A DNA stretch of 64,000 nt from a bacterium. Lineage in GTDB: Bacteria; Arandabacterota; Arandabacteria; Arandabacterales; Arandabacteraceae. The notes beneath the pieces are model-generated. The model saw only the letters and a list, made by a program, of their open reading frames with translations, was not told where the DNA came from and ran no database searches. A program made the position numbers and the translations under genes. The stretch lies in NCBI GenBank assembly GCA_025774845.1, contig JALGZP010000011.1, positions 479 to 64,478 on the forward strand, written 5' to 3'. Every line of letters begins with the position of its first letter. The stretch's first letter is position 1. Of this stretch, positions 1-10,943 are shown piece after piece.

Positions 1-137
1 CAGGCTCCACCCATTGCCATCCAGCGCGCACCAAGCGCATCCCTGGCAAGAAAGGGCATTTCGTGGCCGGTTGCGCACCATCCTTGAGAGCCGGCGGCCA
101 GGACAAGCGCCAGCCCGATGGCAACATATATCTTCAT
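1..137 (-). CDS. OmpP1/FadL/PorV-like outer membrane beta-barrel protein, N-terminal fragment (runs off window start)
   Basis: Not in the ORF track. Hand translation from ATG 137 gives MKIYVAIGLALVLAAGSQGWCATGHEMPFLARDALGARWMAMGGA: a signal peptide plus a GARxxAMGGA motif. The ATG overlaps the TGA of the upstream lipoprotein. Confidence 0.7.
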   Translation of the reverse strand, partial: MKIYVAIGLALVLAAGSQGWCATGHEMPFLARDALGARWMAMGGA

Positions 138-676
138 CACTTATCCTTTGACTTGCGTTCCTTCTTCTCAGGCTCTTTGTCGTCCTTGGGCTTCTCAGCA
201 GGCTTCCGGGGCTGGAAGAGACGCTTTTCCTTGTTTGTCTTGACTCGTTCCGTCTCGCCCTGACCTGTCGCGGGACCCGTGCCCGGATTTCTGGGGGATT
301 CCTTCACCTTCTCGTTGGAGCCGCCCGGGAGTCCCGGCGTAGGATCTCCGGTAGATGTGCGCGGCTGCCAGAGATTCCGCTTTTCACCGGCGACGCCACC
401 TCCACCATGGCCGTCATCATCCCAGTACCAGTAGTCGTCCCACCACCAGGGATTCCCGTAGTAGGAGCGCCAGTATGGTGAGCGCCAGTTCCAGCTATTG
501 TAATAGGGGTTATGCCAGTAGTAATAATCGGTGCTTTCGTGGCAATCGGAGCAATGCCTTACCGTCTGGCCGGTATCCCATGAGGCGTCCGTTGTGGGAT
601 GGGCCAGCATTGTATAGCATCCCGCAAAAGCCAAACCGAAAAGTGCCGCAGCCAGAAGCCATCCTACGGTCTTCAT
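137..676 (-). CDS. Putative lipoprotein with CxxCH heme c-binding motif, Trp/Tyr-rich segment and charged disordered tail
   Basis: Lipobox AFAG-C at residue 20; CSDCH at residues 42-46; aromatic-rich stretch follows. Confidence 0.7.
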   Translation of the reverse strand: MKTVGWLLAAALFGLAFAGCYTMLAHPTTDASWDTGQTVRHCSDCHESTDYYYWHNPYYNSWNWRSPYWRSYYGNPWWWDDYWYWDDDGHGGGGVAGEKRNLWQPRTSTGDPTPGLPGGSNEKVKESPRNPGTGPATGQGETERVKTNKEKRLFQPRKPAEKPKDDKEPEKKERKSKDK

Positions 677-753
677 ATCACCACTTCCTTCGCGTGCGAC
701 AGACCTGCTTCCATATTATACTATCGTCACATGAAGGCGAGTGTCAACGCTTT

Positions 754-1920
754 TCAGTGAGGTACCATCGATAGCAGCACACCTGCGGCGACCGCCGAGC
801 CAATTACTCCGGTCACATTCGGTCCCATAGCATGCATGAGGAGCGAGTTATGAGGGTTGGCTCTTTCGCCTTCCCTTTGCACAACACGCGCGGCCATCGG
901 GACCGCGCTTACCCCCGCAGCGCCGATAAGCGGGTTGATTTTGCCGCCCGAGAGCTTGCACATGAGCTTACCCAGGAGTACACCCGTGGCCGTACCGATT
1001 GCGAAGGCAACTGCACCAAGTACAAGTATCCCGATCGTCTTTGGTGTGAGGAAGCGTGATCCCTGGAGCGTCGCCCCGACGGCAAGGCCGAGGAATATGG
1101 TGACTATATTTATGAGCTCATTCTGGGCCGTCTTTGAAAGCCGCTCGACAACTCCCGATTCGCGCAGGAGATTACCGAACATAAGCATCCCTATAAGCGG
1201 CACGGCCGAGGGTACGAGCAGCGCACACAGGATGGTCACGGCGAAGGGGAAGAGAATCCGCTCACGCTTTGTGACCTCACGCATCTGCTTCATCTCGATC
1301 TTGCGCTCGCGCCGGGTGGTGAGCGCCCTCATGATGGGCGGCTGGATTATAGGTACGAGCGCCATATAGGAATACGCCGCGATCGCGACGGGCCCCAGCA
1401 GGTGAGGCGCCATCTTCGATGTGAGATATATGGCCGTCGGACCGTCTGCACCTCCTATGATTGCGATCGAACTTGCCTCGGGGAGCGTGAACGACAGCCC
1501 CAGCCATGGGATCTTTGCAAGCGCGAGAGCACCGAGCAGGGTTCCGAAGATCCCGAACTGGGCCGCGGCCCCAAGGAATGTGGTCTTGGGATTTGCGATC
1601 AGAGGCCCGAAGTCGGTGAGCGCGCCTATACCGAGAAAGATGAGGAGCGGGAAGAGCCCGGGTACTATACCGAGGTCATAGATGTACCTCAGAATTCCGC
1701 CCTCATCCATCATGCCTATCACCGGCACGTTGGTGAGTATCGCCCCGAAGCCTATGGGTATAAGCAGGAGCGGCTCGTAACGCTTCTTGACCGCCAGGTA
1801 TATGAGGAAACAGCCGATGGCGATTACGATCACATTCTGGTAGCTCAGATTTAGAATACCGAGCGACTCTATGAATCTACCTAGGAGGTCCCCAATTCCG
1901 TACGTCGCTTCCATCGTCAC
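754..1920 (-). CDS. oadB: Na+-translocating decarboxylase beta subunit
   Basis: [38 protein letters not shown] and [10 protein letters not shown] motifs; very hydrophobic. Confidence 0.95.
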   Translation of the reverse strand: MTMEATYGIGDLLGRFIESLGILNLSYQNVIVIAIGCFLIYLAVKKRYEPLLLIPIGFGAILTNVPVIGMMDEGGILRYIYDLGIVPGLFPLLIFLGIGALTDFGPLIANPKTTFLGAAAQFGIFGTLLGALALAKIPWLGLSFTLPEASSIAIIGGADGPTAIYLTSKMAPHLLGPVAIAAYSYMALVPIIQPPIMRALTTRRERKIEMKQMREVTKRERILFPFAVTILCALLVPSAVPLIGMLMFGNLLRESGVVERLSKTAQNELINIVTIFLGLAVGATLQGSRFLTPKTIGILVLGAVAFAIGTATGVLLGKLMCKLSGGKINPLIGAAGVSAVPMAARVVQREGERANPHNSLLMHAMGPNVTGVIGSAVAAGVLLSMVPH

Positions 1921-1925
1921 TCCCC

Positions 1926-3743
1926 TTATTCAATGACAACAAGCGGGTCACCGTTTTCGACCTTGTCCCCGGGCCCAACCAGGAACCTGCCGATCCTGCC
2001 GTCAAAGGGCGAGACGACTTTGGTTTCCATCTTCATCGCTTCAAGGATGAGTATCTCATCCCCGTTCTTGACCGTATCGCCTTCGTTCATAAGGAGTCTT
2101 AAGACATCTCCGGTAAGCGGCGCGTCGACCGTCTTACCATCAGCAGCAGGAGGTGCTGTGGGCGTGGGGGTCGCAGCGGGTGCGGAAGGCGCTATGGCAG
2201 TTACCGGGCCGCATCCACCACCGGCCAGATCCTGAACGGAGACATCGTAGCTCGTACCATTAACAGTTACCTTAAAAGTGCTGTGTGAGACCGCAGCGGG
2301 TGCGGCCGCCTGAGCAGGCGCCGGCGCCGCTGCTTTTTCCGGCTTCTTGGCCGGTGCTGCCGGCTCGGGTTGCTTGATCCCGTCCCTTATGTCGAGAAAC
2401 TCCAGCCCCACCTCGGGGAAGAGGGCAAAGGTGAGCACATCCTCGTCCCCGGCCTTGGGTTCGCGTCCGAGCTTTTCGACGAGTTCCTTCCGGTCTTTCT
2501 CAAGTTCCGGCTCGATGAGATCGGCGGGCCGCTGGGTGATCGGTTGCTCTCCGGTTTCTGCGACCACGCGGTCGACGAGTTCCTTCTTGACCTCCCCGGG
2601 TGCCTTACCGTACCTGCCAAGCAGGTAGTTCTTGGTGTGCTCGGTCAAGACCTTGTAGCGTTCGCCCTGGAGCACATTGATCACGGCCTGGGTGCCCACG
2701 ACCTGGCTACTCGGGGTGACGAGCGGGGGATAACCCATATCGGCTCTGACTCTCACGACCTCTTGAAGCACCTCGTCATAGCGGTCCATGGCATTCTGTT
2801 TTCTGAGCTGGCTTGCGAGGTTCGAGAGCATTCCGCCAGGCACCTGCGCGGAGAGAATCCTCGTATCGACCCCGGCAAGACCACTCTCATGCTCCGCGAG
2901 CTCCTTCCGGACAAACTTGAAGTGTTCGGCGATCTCAATTAGGAGGTCGAGATCGAGCCCCGTATCGTATGGCCCACCCGCAAGCGCTGCGACCAGACTC
3001 TCGGTCGCAGGCTGTGACGTCCCGAGCGAGAGCGGGGAGAGGGCGGTATCTATGATCGTGGCTCCGGCCTCGATACCTTTGAGGTAACTCATCTCGCTCT
3101 GGCCCGTGGTCGCATGGCAGTGAAGGTGAATAGGAATGCTGATCTTCTTCTTGAGTGCAGTGACAAGCTGGGTGGAGGCATGCTGGGTCAGGAGTCCGGC
3201 CATATCCTTGATACATAGCGTGTCGGCCCCCATCTCCTCAAGTTGCATCGACATCTCAACATAGAAGTCCAGCGTATGGACGGGACTCGTGGTGTATGAG
3301 ATGCAACCTTCAGCGTGCTTTCCTACCTTCTTGGTCGCACGCATGGCTGTCTGGAGATTGCGTATATCGTTAAGTGCATCGAATATCCGGAAAACATCGA
3401 TCCCGGCATCGGCGGCCAGTTCAACAAACCTCTCAACGAGATCATCGGCGTAATGCCTGTAACCGACGATATTCTGAGCCCTCAGAAGCATCTGCGTCCG
3501 TGTATTGGGGATCGCTTTTCTCAAAGTCCTAACACGCTCCCACGGATCCTCACGCAGGAACCTTATACAGGAATCGAATGTCGCGCCGCCCCACATCTCA
3601 AGGGAGAAGTATCCCACGCTATCCAGTTTGCCGGCGACGGGGAGCATGTGCTTCGTAGGCATCCTTGTAGCGAGAAGTGATTGATGAGCGTCTCGAAGGA
3701 TAGTGTCGGTGATCTGTACCTTTGCAGTTTCTTTCGGGGTCAC
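1926..3743 (-). CDS. oadA: Oxaloacetate decarboxylase alpha subunit (carboxyltransferase plus biotin carrier)
   Basis: [37 protein letters not shown]; Ala/Pro linker; EAMKM biotinylation site. Confidence 0.93.
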   Translation of the reverse strand: MTPKETAKVQITDTILRDAHQSLLATRMPTKHMLPVAGKLDSVGYFSLEMWGGATFDSCIRFLREDPWERVRTLRKAIPNTRTQMLLRAQNIVGYRHYADDLVERFVELAADAGIDVFRIFDALNDIRNLQTAMRATKKVGKHAEGCISYTTSPVHTLDFYVEMSMQLEEMGADTLCIKDMAGLLTQHASTQLVTALKKKISIPIHLHCHATTGQSEMSYLKGIEAGATIIDTALSPLSLGTSQPATESLVAALAGGPYDTGLDLDLLIEIAEHFKFVRKELAEHESGLAGVDTRILSAQVPGGMLSNLASQLRKQNAMDRYDEVLQEVVRVRADMGYPPLVTPSSQVVGTQAVINVLQGERYKVLTEHTKNYLLGRYGKAPGEVKKELVDRVVAETGEQPITQRPADLIEPELEKDRKELVEKLGREPKAGDEDVLTFALFPEVGLEFLDIRDGIKQPEPAAPAKKPEKAAAPAPAQAAAPAAVSHSTFKVTVNGTSYDVSVQDLAGGGCGPVTAIAPSAPAATPTPTAPPAADGKTVDAPLTGDVLRLLMNEGDTVKNGDEILILEAMKMETKVVSPFDGRIGRFLVGPGDKVENGDPLVVIE

Positions 3744-3967
3744 GACTCATCTCTCCTTTCAGCACTTCTTGATCGGAAAACATGCGCATGTAATGCTGCG
3801 CTGACTGCGGCAATCAATTCACCTGGAACTTCACCGGCAGGGACTGTTTCCGGACCCTTGAATCTCGCGAGAAGGTGTATTGCCAGTGCAAGAAGGGCGA
3901 TGAAACAGAAGACAATCGCCATACCGAGAAGGGCAATCGCGTAACCAGTACTCATACCCACTTCCAT
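3740..3967 (-). CDS. oadG: Na+-translocating decarboxylase gamma subunit (OadG family)
   Basis: Short single-TM protein (GMAIVFCFIALL ... ELIAAVSAAL) overlapping the oadA start. Confidence 0.85.
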   Translation of the reverse strand: MEVGMSTGYAIALLGMAIVFCFIALLALAIHLLARFKGPETVPAGEVPGELIAAVSAALHAHVFRSRSAERRDES

Positions 3968-3993
3968 TGGCCGCCTCCTTGAATCGGGTTAGG

Positions 3994-4034
3994 AGTTTAG
4001 CCCTGCCGGTATGCTGATGTCAACTGTTTTGACA
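3994..4034 (-). promoter_or_regulatory. Putative sigma70 promoter for oadGAB overlapped by a TGTCAA-N5-TTGACA palindrome
   Basis: Minus strand TTGACA-N18-TAAACT; inverted repeat at 4018-4034. Confidence 0.45.
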
Positions 4035-4173
4035 GTTTTTTGGTTGCAACATGATTACCTTGAAAATATGCTCGTTCCAGCCCGGATGGGCAGGTTGCCC
4101 GGAGGGTCCGAACCGGCCCGTGGCAGGGTCGGCAAGAATCGACAAGAAAAAGCCAGGGAAACGGACCATCGCG

Positions 4174-4201
4174 GGAACTTTGTGGGCATACACAGGTAGA
4201 A
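4174..4201 (+). promoter_or_regulatory. Putative autoregulatory ECF-sigma promoter
   Basis: GGAACT-N16-GTAGAA just upstream of the ECF sigma gene; resembles the ECF -35 AAC and -10 GT motifs. Confidence 0.4.
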
Positions 4202-4220
4202 TATACTGGTAGGGGTGAAG

Positions 4221-4862
4221 ATGACCCGAGACAGGGGCGAGCTCTTGCCCAGGGGTGGTGCTGAGAGCGACGAACAGTTGATGTTGCGGGTGGGGCAAGG
4301 GGACAAGAGTGCTTTTGATGAAATCGTTAAAAGGTATACATCGCGGATGGTCAATCTGGCGTATCAGATTGTGGGTGAGCGGGAGCTTGCCCAGGACGTT
4401 GCACAGGAGACTTTCTTGAGAGCATATAAGAGTGCGGCAAGGTACCGGGAAATCTCTAAGTTCTCAACCTGGCTTTATACGATAGCAATTAACCTCTGCA
4501 GGAATGAGTTACGTCGGCGCAAGTTCAGGATGTACTCGCTTGAGGGGATGGCCGAGCGTGAGGATGACGACAAGTTGAGGATCGATATCGCCGATGAAAG
4601 CAGGAAACCCGATCGCGATCTTGAGAAGAAGGAGATCGGGAAGATAGTACGCGATGCGGTGGAGATGCTACCGGAGAAATTCAAAACACCGCTTGTGCTG
4701 AGGGACCTTCAAGAACTCACTTATGAAGAGATCGGTGGGATATTGGATCTGCCGGAGGGCACGGTGAAATCGAGGATAAACAGAGCGCGGCTGAGGGTGA
4801 AAGAAATACTCACCCCTCTATTCGAACGTACGGACGGGGAGATGACAAACGATGGACTGTAA
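4221..4862 (+). CDS. ECF RNA polymerase sigma factor (RpoE/SigW-like)
   Basis: DVAQETF, FSTWLYTIAINLC, YEEIGGIL..PEGTVKSRINRAR. ATG 4221 follows an AGGGGTGA SD; the ORF track starts at 4215. Confidence 0.93.
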   Translation: MTRDRGELLPRGGAESDEQLMLRVGQGDKSAFDEIVKRYTSRMVNLAYQIVGERELAQDVAQETFLRAYKSAARYREISKFSTWLYTIAINLCRNELRRRKFRMYSLEGMAEREDDDKLRIDIADESRKPDRDLEKKEIGKIVRDAVEMLPEKFKTPLVLRDLQELTYEEIGGILDLPEGTVKSRINRARLRVKEILTPLFERTDGEMTNDGL

Positions 4863-5415
4863 GCATGTTGAAGATCTTTTGATGGCATTGTGTGACGGAA
4901 GCCTTGATGCGGACAGCGTCCGCCAGGTGGAGGTTCACCTTGCCTCGTGTTCGGATTGTACCAGGGAGAGGATGAGAGTCGCAAGGACGCTGGATGCACT
5001 TCGCGAGTTTGAACGGATTGAACCCCGCGAGGACTTCTCTGCAAGGTTGTGGCAGAAGATCGATCAGTGGGACACCGCCAGACGGGCGCTCTGGCTGACC
5101 GCGGTGGCCACCTTTGTACGGAAGAACCGCAGGGCAGTGGCTGTCTGCTGCACGGTGTTTGTCATATCACTCTTAAGCGGGGTCTTTATCCTCCGGGATA
5201 TGACAGGTGGACCGGGTATGGAAGTTGCCACAGATGAAAGACCTGCCGAGGGGTTCGTTATCCGCGAGATACCGCAGTCTGTTGCTGCCGTGGATGACAC
5301 CGTCTTCATGCATTACGTCACGGGAGACCGTCCTGTGAGACAGGATCCCCGTGCGGAGGACTACGTATTCAAGCCCGTGGTCAGGCCCGTTTCGGATGCC
5401 GGGCCGCCCTTCTAG
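4852..5415 (+). CDS. Zinc-finger (zf-HC2) membrane anti-sigma factor
   Basis: HLASCSDC (HxxxCxxC) followed by a TM helix; overlaps the sigma gene. Confidence 0.85.
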   Translation: MDCKHVEDLLMALCDGSLDADSVRQVEVHLASCSDCTRERMRVARTLDALREFERIEPREDFSARLWQKIDQWDTARRALWLTAVATFVRKNRRAVAVCCTVFVISLLSGVFILRDMTGGPGMEVATDERPAEGFVIREIPQSVAAVDDTVFMHYVTGDRPVRQDPRAEDYVFKPVVRPVSDAGPPF

Positions 5416-5426
5416 TGAGGTGTGAA

Positions 5427-6593
5427 ATGAGGGAACTCGCCTGCATACTCGTGATAGTCGCTGTGGCAGGTGCCGCCATGGACGGCACGGCTCAGGGTAT
5501 AGATGCCCTCGAACGAGACGTAACCCGGCTGGTGGAGGGGGTCAGTGAGTCGATCGTGTCGGTTGCCGCGATCTCAGGGCCTCACGCTGCGAGGAGTGTC
5601 GGCTGCGGCATCGTTTTCGATGAGGAGGGTTTGATACTTACAACGACCAGTGTTGTCGGACACGCCCGGCAGGTAGAGATCGGGACTCGTGACGGGACCA
5701 AGATCGAGGGGATGGTTGTAGGCAGCGACGCGATGTCGGATCTCGCGGTCATAAGAGCAGAGGGACTCAAACTAAAACCGGCAAAACTCGGTGACGCTGA
5801 TGCCCTGCTTCCTGGCTCTCTGATCTTTGTGATCGGCAATGCCTTTGGCTCACTGCCATCGGTTTCGATGGGAGTCGTGAGCACCCCGGCCGGCCGGAGT
5901 GGTGACGAGTTGGGTGATTCGATGCTCCGGCTTTCGGTTGCGATCAATCCTGGCGATATCGGCGGGCCTGTCGTCAATACAAAGGGTGAAGTAATAGGGA
6001 TCGTAGTCGGCCGGTTGACTTTCCAGTCGCGTTACCAGTCGGTCCGTATCCAGGAACGTGGTTCATTCAAGATTGCAGGGACACCCCAGGTTTCGAGTAT
6101 GACCGTTGCAATGCCTGCTCAAAGGGCGGTCGCCATGACTGGCGATATCATTAAGACAGGGATGCGTGAACCCGGTTTTCTCGGCGTCCAGGTACTGGAT
6201 CTCTCTGAGGAGATGAAGGGTAAGCTTGGCAGGCAAGATGACGGGGTCGTTGTCACGCATGTGGTCACGGCAAGCCCGGCGGAGTCGATAGGCATTGCAC
6301 CCGGGGATGTGATCACCATGTTCGGTGCGCACGCTGTAGAATCGGTCGGTGTCCTCCGTGATGCCGTGAGAGCAGCGAGACCCGGGGAGATCACCGAGGT
6401 CAAGTTCGTAAGAGGCTCAAAGACGCTCTCGGATGGCGTCAGGCTAAGCCGTATGGTGCCCGAGTACGTTCGGGAGGCGTCCCTGCGGCCCCAAAGTGTT
6501 GGACCCGAGGAGGTGCGCGCCCGTATAGAAGATCTCAAAGTCGAAATCGAAATTCTGCGAACCCAGCTAAAGGATATAGAGAAGAGGCAGTAA
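5427..6593 (+). CDS. HtrA/DegP-like trypsin plus PDZ protein with degenerate catalytic triad
   Basis: Signal peptide, SDLAVI, INPGDIGGPVVN, PDZ (GFLGV, SPAESIGIAPGDVI), C-terminal coiled coil. Confidence 0.85.
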   Translation: MRELACILVIVAVAGAAMDGTAQGIDALERDVTRLVEGVSESIVSVAAISGPHAARSVGCGIVFDEEGLILTTTSVVGHARQVEIGTRDGTKIEGMVVGSDAMSDLAVIRAEGLKLKPAKLGDADALLPGSLIFVIGNAFGSLPSVSMGVVSTPAGRSGDELGDSMLRLSVAINPGDIGGPVVNTKGEVIGIVVGRLTFQSRYQSVRIQERGSFKIAGTPQVSSMTVAMPAQRAVAMTGDIIKTGMREPGFLGVQVLDLSEEMKGKLGRQDDGVVVTHVVTASPAESIGIAPGDVITMFGAHAVESVGVLRDAVRAARPGEITEVKFVRGSKTLSDGVRLSRMVPEYVREASLRPQSVGPEEVRARIEDLKVEIEILRTQLKDIEKRQ

Positions 6594-6687
6594 ACCCCGG
6601 GGTTCCACCCCCGACGTTACCGGGAATTTCCCCTTGACATCCTCTACGACCGTGGCTACTAGAATTGTGTCAAAGCGAGGTGACGTG

Positions 6688-7683
6688 ATGAGGCGACTCT
6701 TCTGGATTATCCCCGTGCTTTCCCTGCTGGCCGGTTGCACGCGACCCATGATCGCGGCCTTCGGGTCGAACAGTGAGATCGTAATCGTAACGAGCCCGAG
6801 GTGCGTCGACCAGGCAACTGTGCTGAAATCTATACTCGAGCGCGAAATCCTCACAGTGCAGTACGAGCCGGCCTTTGAGGTCAGACTCGCGACAACCGCT
6901 GAAATCCGCTCGGAACGTTCGAGGAAGAACATTATCATCCTGGACTATCTCAGACCCGATGGCATGATCACCGACGCCATCCTCAGCCTTGCCGGACGGG
7001 ACAAGGACGCTTTTCTTGAGGGGCGCCAGAACCGCAAGGAAATGCATGACAGGTGGGCCAAGGGGCAGGTGCTGCTCATAATCGCGACCGAGACCCAGCG
7101 TGACCTCGACGATCTCCTGGCCCGGGAGTCCGATGCCATCTTCAGTTTCGTCAGTGACGCTGTCCAGAAACGTCTCAACCGCTCTCTGTTCTATCCGGGC
7201 GAGCAGACAGAGGTATCGGAGCGCCTTACCGACAGTTATGGATGGGAGCTCAGGCTTCCGAACATCTATAAGGTTGATGAAACGCACGCCGCCGGGCGGG
7301 TGATCAAGATCCAGGCCGAACGCCCTGCCAGGATGATCACGGTTCACTGGGAGGATGGCAGCTGGGCGGACCTGGCCACCACATGTCTTGAGCGCAAGAA
7401 GATGCTGGCGTGGGAATTCTGGGACGAGGACGAGATTGTCGAAGAAAGCCTGGTTATCGGTGAGGGCCGTTTCAATGAACACGACTGCATAGTACTGAGC
7501 GGCACCTGGGATAATGAAAAGTACACGATCGGCGGAGTGTATGCGAGTTACTGCTTCACCTGTGACGCCTGCAATCGCAGCTACCTTGTTGATGCTTCGG
7601 TGTTTGCCCCGGGTCTTGAGAAACTACCGCTGATGAGGGAGCTGAGTGCTGTCCTGGCCACCTTCCGATGTTGTAGTCCTTGA
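6688..7683 (+). CDS. DUF4837-like lipoprotein
   Basis: Lipobox LLAG-C after ATG 6688; EPAFEV, RKNIII, WAKGQ, GTW and GG motifs resemble DUF4837. Confidence 0.65.
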   Translation: MRRLFWIIPVLSLLAGCTRPMIAAFGSNSEIVIVTSPRCVDQATVLKSILEREILTVQYEPAFEVRLATTAEIRSERSRKNIIILDYLRPDGMITDAILSLAGRDKDAFLEGRQNRKEMHDRWAKGQVLLIIATETQRDLDDLLARESDAIFSFVSDAVQKRLNRSLFYPGEQTEVSERLTDSYGWELRLPNIYKVDETHAAGRVIKIQAERPARMITVHWEDGSWADLATTCLERKKMLAWEFWDEDEIVEESLVIGEGRFNEHDCIVLSGTWDNEKYTIGGVYASYCFTCDACNRSYLVDASVFAPGLEKLPLMRELSAVLATFRCCSP

Positions 7684-7708
7684 CATCACCTTAGACCTCT
7701 GTTAGATT
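7680..7708 (+). promoter_or_regulatory. Putative sigma70 promoter for the pepP-efp-acc operon
   Basis: TTGACA-N17-TAGATT with extended TG. Confidence 0.5.
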
Positions 7709-7742
7709 CAGCCCGCATTGTTATAGCAAGGGGGTTCCATCT

Positions 7743-8810
7743 GTGAGTAGATTGGACAATCTCTATGAAGATCTGAAGACCAGGCAGATCGACAGGTTCC
7801 TGGTCTCAAACATATCCAATGTGAGGTATCTCTCGGGTTTCTCCGGCTCGACGGCGGCAATGCTGGTCGGGACCGATGGGGCAACCCTCGTCACGGATTT
7901 CAGGTACAGGGAGCAGGCGGAGGGTGAGGTTTACAGGGGTATCAAGGTTGAGATAGATACCCGGGACGCCCTTACGGCGATCATTGACATGCTGACCGAT
8001 TTTGAGGGCAAGATCGGCTTCGAATCTGCTTCACTCACCTATGCCGTCTTCGAGAAACTCCAGAACAGCCTCAAGGCAAGTCTCGTGCCAGTTGAAGCCG
8101 CGGTCGAGTTACTCAGGCAGGTCAAGGACGAGAGTGAGCTTGCCAGCATAGCCAGGGCCGTTGACATCTCAGACGAGGTGTTTGCCGAGGTAGTCGGGGA
8201 GATCAAACCCGGGTTGACCGAGGTCGATATCGCCGCAAGGATCGACTTCCTGCTCAGGAAGAAATCTTCCCAGATTCCGGCCTTTGAGACTATCGTGGCT
8301 TCAGGGGAGCACTCCTCGTTGCCGCACGCGAAGCCGACCACGAGGGTGATCCGGGAAGGTGATCTTGTCAAGATGGACTTCGGCGCGATATGGGACGGAT
8401 ATTGCGCCGACATTACAAGGACGGTGGTTGTTGGCAAGGCGTCACAGCGGGTCCGCGAGATATACGACATAGTGCTTGCGGCAAACGAGAAGGCGATCTC
8501 GGGAGTCAGGGCCGGAGTCAAGGGAAGCGACGTGGACGCCATCGCGAGAGGATACATCACGGAAAAGGGTTTTGGTGAGGAGTTCGGGCACGGGCTGGGT
8601 CATGGTGTGGGGCTAGAGATTCACGAAGGACCGCGGTTCTCGCGTAAAGACGATACGCTACTCCGTCCGGGCATGGTTGCGACCGTGGAGCCGGGGATAT
8701 ATGTACCCGGTTGGGGTGGTGTGAGAATTGAGGACATCGTGGTGGTTGAGGATGGGGGCTGCAAGGTCCTGACATCTTCTGAGAAGGCGCTGATGGAAGT
8801 GGGGATGTAG
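7743..8810 (+). CDS. Xaa-Pro aminopeptidase (M24B)
   Basis: [46 protein letters not shown]. Confidence 0.93.
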   Translation: MSRLDNLYEDLKTRQIDRFLVSNISNVRYLSGFSGSTAAMLVGTDGATLVTDFRYREQAEGEVYRGIKVEIDTRDALTAIIDMLTDFEGKIGFESASLTYAVFEKLQNSLKASLVPVEAAVELLRQVKDESELASIARAVDISDEVFAEVVGEIKPGLTEVDIAARIDFLLRKKSSQIPAFETIVASGEHSSLPHAKPTTRVIREGDLVKMDFGAIWDGYCADITRTVVVGKASQRVREIYDIVLAANEKAISGVRAGVKGSDVDAIARGYITEKGFGEEFGHGLGHGVGLEIHEGPRFSRKDDTLLRPGMVATVEPGIYVPGWGGVRIEDIVVVEDGGCKVLTSSEKALMEVGM

Positions 8811-8811
8811 C

Positions 8812-9369
8812 ATGACGACAACGAATGACCTGAGGAACGGCATGGTGATCGAGTTCGACGGCACACTGTATTCCGTGGTAGAGTTTCAGCATGTGAAACC
8901 CGGTAAGGGCGGTGCCTTCGTCCGGACGAAAATCAAGAATATGGGTACCGGCCGGGTGATCGACAAGACCTTCAATGCCGGCGAGAAGATCACGAGTGTC
9001 AGAATAGACAGGGTTGAAATGCAGTACCTCTACGGCTCGGGGGATGAGTACAACTTCATGAATAATGAGACATTCGACCAGATAGCGCTGCCGAGAGCCA
9101 TGGTCGAGGACATAGCACCGCTGATGAAGGAGAACACCATCGTTTCCGTGCAAATGCGTGACGGACAGCCCATTGCTTTGGAACTGCCAACATTCGTGGA
9201 TCTCGAGATAGTTGAAACCGCGCCTGGTGTCAAGGGAGACACCGTCTCCGGAGGGACCAAGCCGGCTACGCTCGAGACAGGCAAAGTCATCCAGGTACCG
9301 CTCTTTGTTGAGCACGGAACCGTGGTCCGTGTGGATACCCGGTCCGGAGAGTACGTTTCGAGGGTATAG
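8812..9369 (+). CDS. efp: Elongation factor P
   Basis: [38 protein letters not shown]. Confidence 0.97.
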   Translation: MTTTNDLRNGMVIEFDGTLYSVVEFQHVKPGKGGAFVRTKIKNMGTGRVIDKTFNAGEKITSVRIDRVEMQYLYGSGDEYNFMNNETFDQIALPRAMVEDIAPLMKENTIVSVQMRDGQPIALELPTFVDLEIVETAPGVKGDTVSGGTKPATLETGKVIQVPLFVEHGTVVRVDTRSGEYVSRV

Positions 9370-9371
9370 CC

Positions 9372-9824
9372 ATGAAGATATCTTTCCTCAAGAAGTTGAT
9401 TCAGATTGTCGAATCAAGTGAGATAGAGGAGCTAGAGGTAAGAAGGTGGTGGACAAAGGTAAGAATTACCAAGTCCAGGCCAAGGAATGGCACCACCAAT
9501 ACCGGTAGCCCGGTGGAAACTCGGGTCGATGGCAAGTTGGTCGACGGTGAGTTGCAGACAGAGCCTGCAGCAACCGACGATAATCTTGCCGAGATCAAAT
9601 CGCCCATGGTTGGAACGTTCTACAGGTCAGCGAGCCCCGGTGCCGAGCCCTACGTCGAAGTGGGGCAACAGGTACAGACGGGGCAGGTGGTCTGCATCAT
9701 CGAGGCCATGAAGCTGATGAATGAGATCGAGTCTGACATCTCAGGCAACATCGCTAAGATCCTTGTGGAGAACGGCCAGCCGGTGGAATTCGGGCAAACC
9801 CTGTTCCTGGTCTCACCTTCATAG
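9372..9824 (+). CDS. accB: Acetyl-CoA carboxylase biotin carboxyl carrier protein
   Basis: [21 protein letters not shown]. Confidence 0.95.
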   Translation: MKISFLKKLIQIVESSEIEELEVRRWWTKVRITKSRPRNGTTNTGSPVETRVDGKLVDGELQTEPAATDDNLAEIKSPMVGTFYRSASPGAEPYVEVGQQVQTGQVVCIIEAMKLMNEIESDISGNIAKILVENGQPVEFGQTLFLVSPS

Positions 9825-9834
9825 GAGTCAGACA

Positions 9835-10941
9835 ATGGACATCAAGTCGCTTCTTGAGGAAATCGTAAGAAAGAACGCCTCAGACCTCCATGTGAAAGTC
9901 GGCACATCCCCAACCGTGAGAATCGACGGGATACTCGAGCCGCTCGATGCGGAGCCCCCGACATACGACGAGGTGGACGCCGCATGTGCTGAGATACTAA
10001 CACCGAGGCAGAAGGAGATCTTTGACGAGACCAACGAGGTCGACTTCGCGTTCGGAGTGCCGGGGCTTGCAAGGTTCAGAGCGAACTTCTACAAGCAGCG
10101 CGGTACGGTGGCGATGGTGTTCAGGCTGATTCCGTTCGACCCGCCCCAGTTTGATGAACTCAATCTTCCGGATACGATCAGAGAACTTGCATTGCGCCCG
10201 AGAGGCCTGGTTCTTGTGACCGGTACAGTCGGGTCGGGTAAGTCAACGACCCTTGCCGCGATGGTGAGAGTGATAAACGAGACGCTTTGCAAGAACGTGA
10301 TAACCGTTGAAGATCCGATCGAGTTCCTTCACAGGGACTGCAATAGCATCATCAGTCAGAGAGAGGTGGGGAGTGATACCGAGACCTTTGCCGCAGCCTT
10401 GAAACACATTCTCAGGCAGGATCCCGATGTGATCCTCATAGGTGAGATCAGAGACCAGACTACGATGTCCATCGCGCTCACCGCGGCCAACACGGGCCAC
10501 CTTGTTTTCAGTACTCTCCACACGGTTGATGCGGCACAGGCAGTAAACCGTACAATCTCGTTTTTCCCGCCCCATCAGCACCAGGAGATAAGATTCCTTC
10601 TGTCAAACTGCCTGCAGGCCATCGTATCACAGCGGCTGGTACCGAGAGCAGATACTGAGGGACGAGTGCCGGCGATTGAAGTTATGATTGCAACCGAGAC
10701 CATTAAGGAGTATCTTGTGGATGCTGCCCGTACGGAGCTTATCAAGAGCACGATAGAGGAGAGCACTACGGAGTATGGTATGCAGTCATTCGATCAGTCG
10801 CTTCTGTCGTGGTACAATAAGGGAGTTATAACCCTTGAGGAGGCACTGCGTCACGCTTCGAGCCCGACGGCACTTCAGATCAAGGCAAAGGGAATTCAGA
10901 CGGGTTCGGATGTCTCGTGGACACCGCTTGTGTCTGAATAG
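9835..10941 (+). CDS. PilT/PilU-family type IV pilus retraction-type ATPase
   Basis: ASDLH, RFRANF, Walker [53 protein letters not shown]. Start ATG 9835 follows an AGGAG SD. Confidence 0.9.
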   Translation: MDIKSLLEEIVRKNASDLHVKVGTSPTVRIDGILEPLDAEPPTYDEVDAACAEILTPRQKEIFDETNEVDFAFGVPGLARFRANFYKQRGTVAMVFRLIPFDPPQFDELNLPDTIRELALRPRGLVLVTGTVGSGKSTTLAAMVRVINETLCKNVITVEDPIEFLHRDCNSIISQREVGSDTETFAAALKHILRQDPDVILIGEIRDQTTMSIALTAANTGHLVFSTLHTVDAAQAVNRTISFFPPHQHQEIRFLLSNCLQAIVSQRLVPRADTEGRVPAIEVMIATETIKEYLVDAARTELIKSTIEESTTEYGMQSFDQSLLSWYNKGVITLEEALRHASSPTALQIKAKGIQTGSDVSWTPLVSE

Positions 10942-10943
10942 GC

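Noticed and set aside
6634-6665. Sigma70 promoter before the DUF4837-like gene
   Set aside because: TTGACA is present, but the best -10 (TAGAAT) is 20 bp away, too poorly spaced to call.
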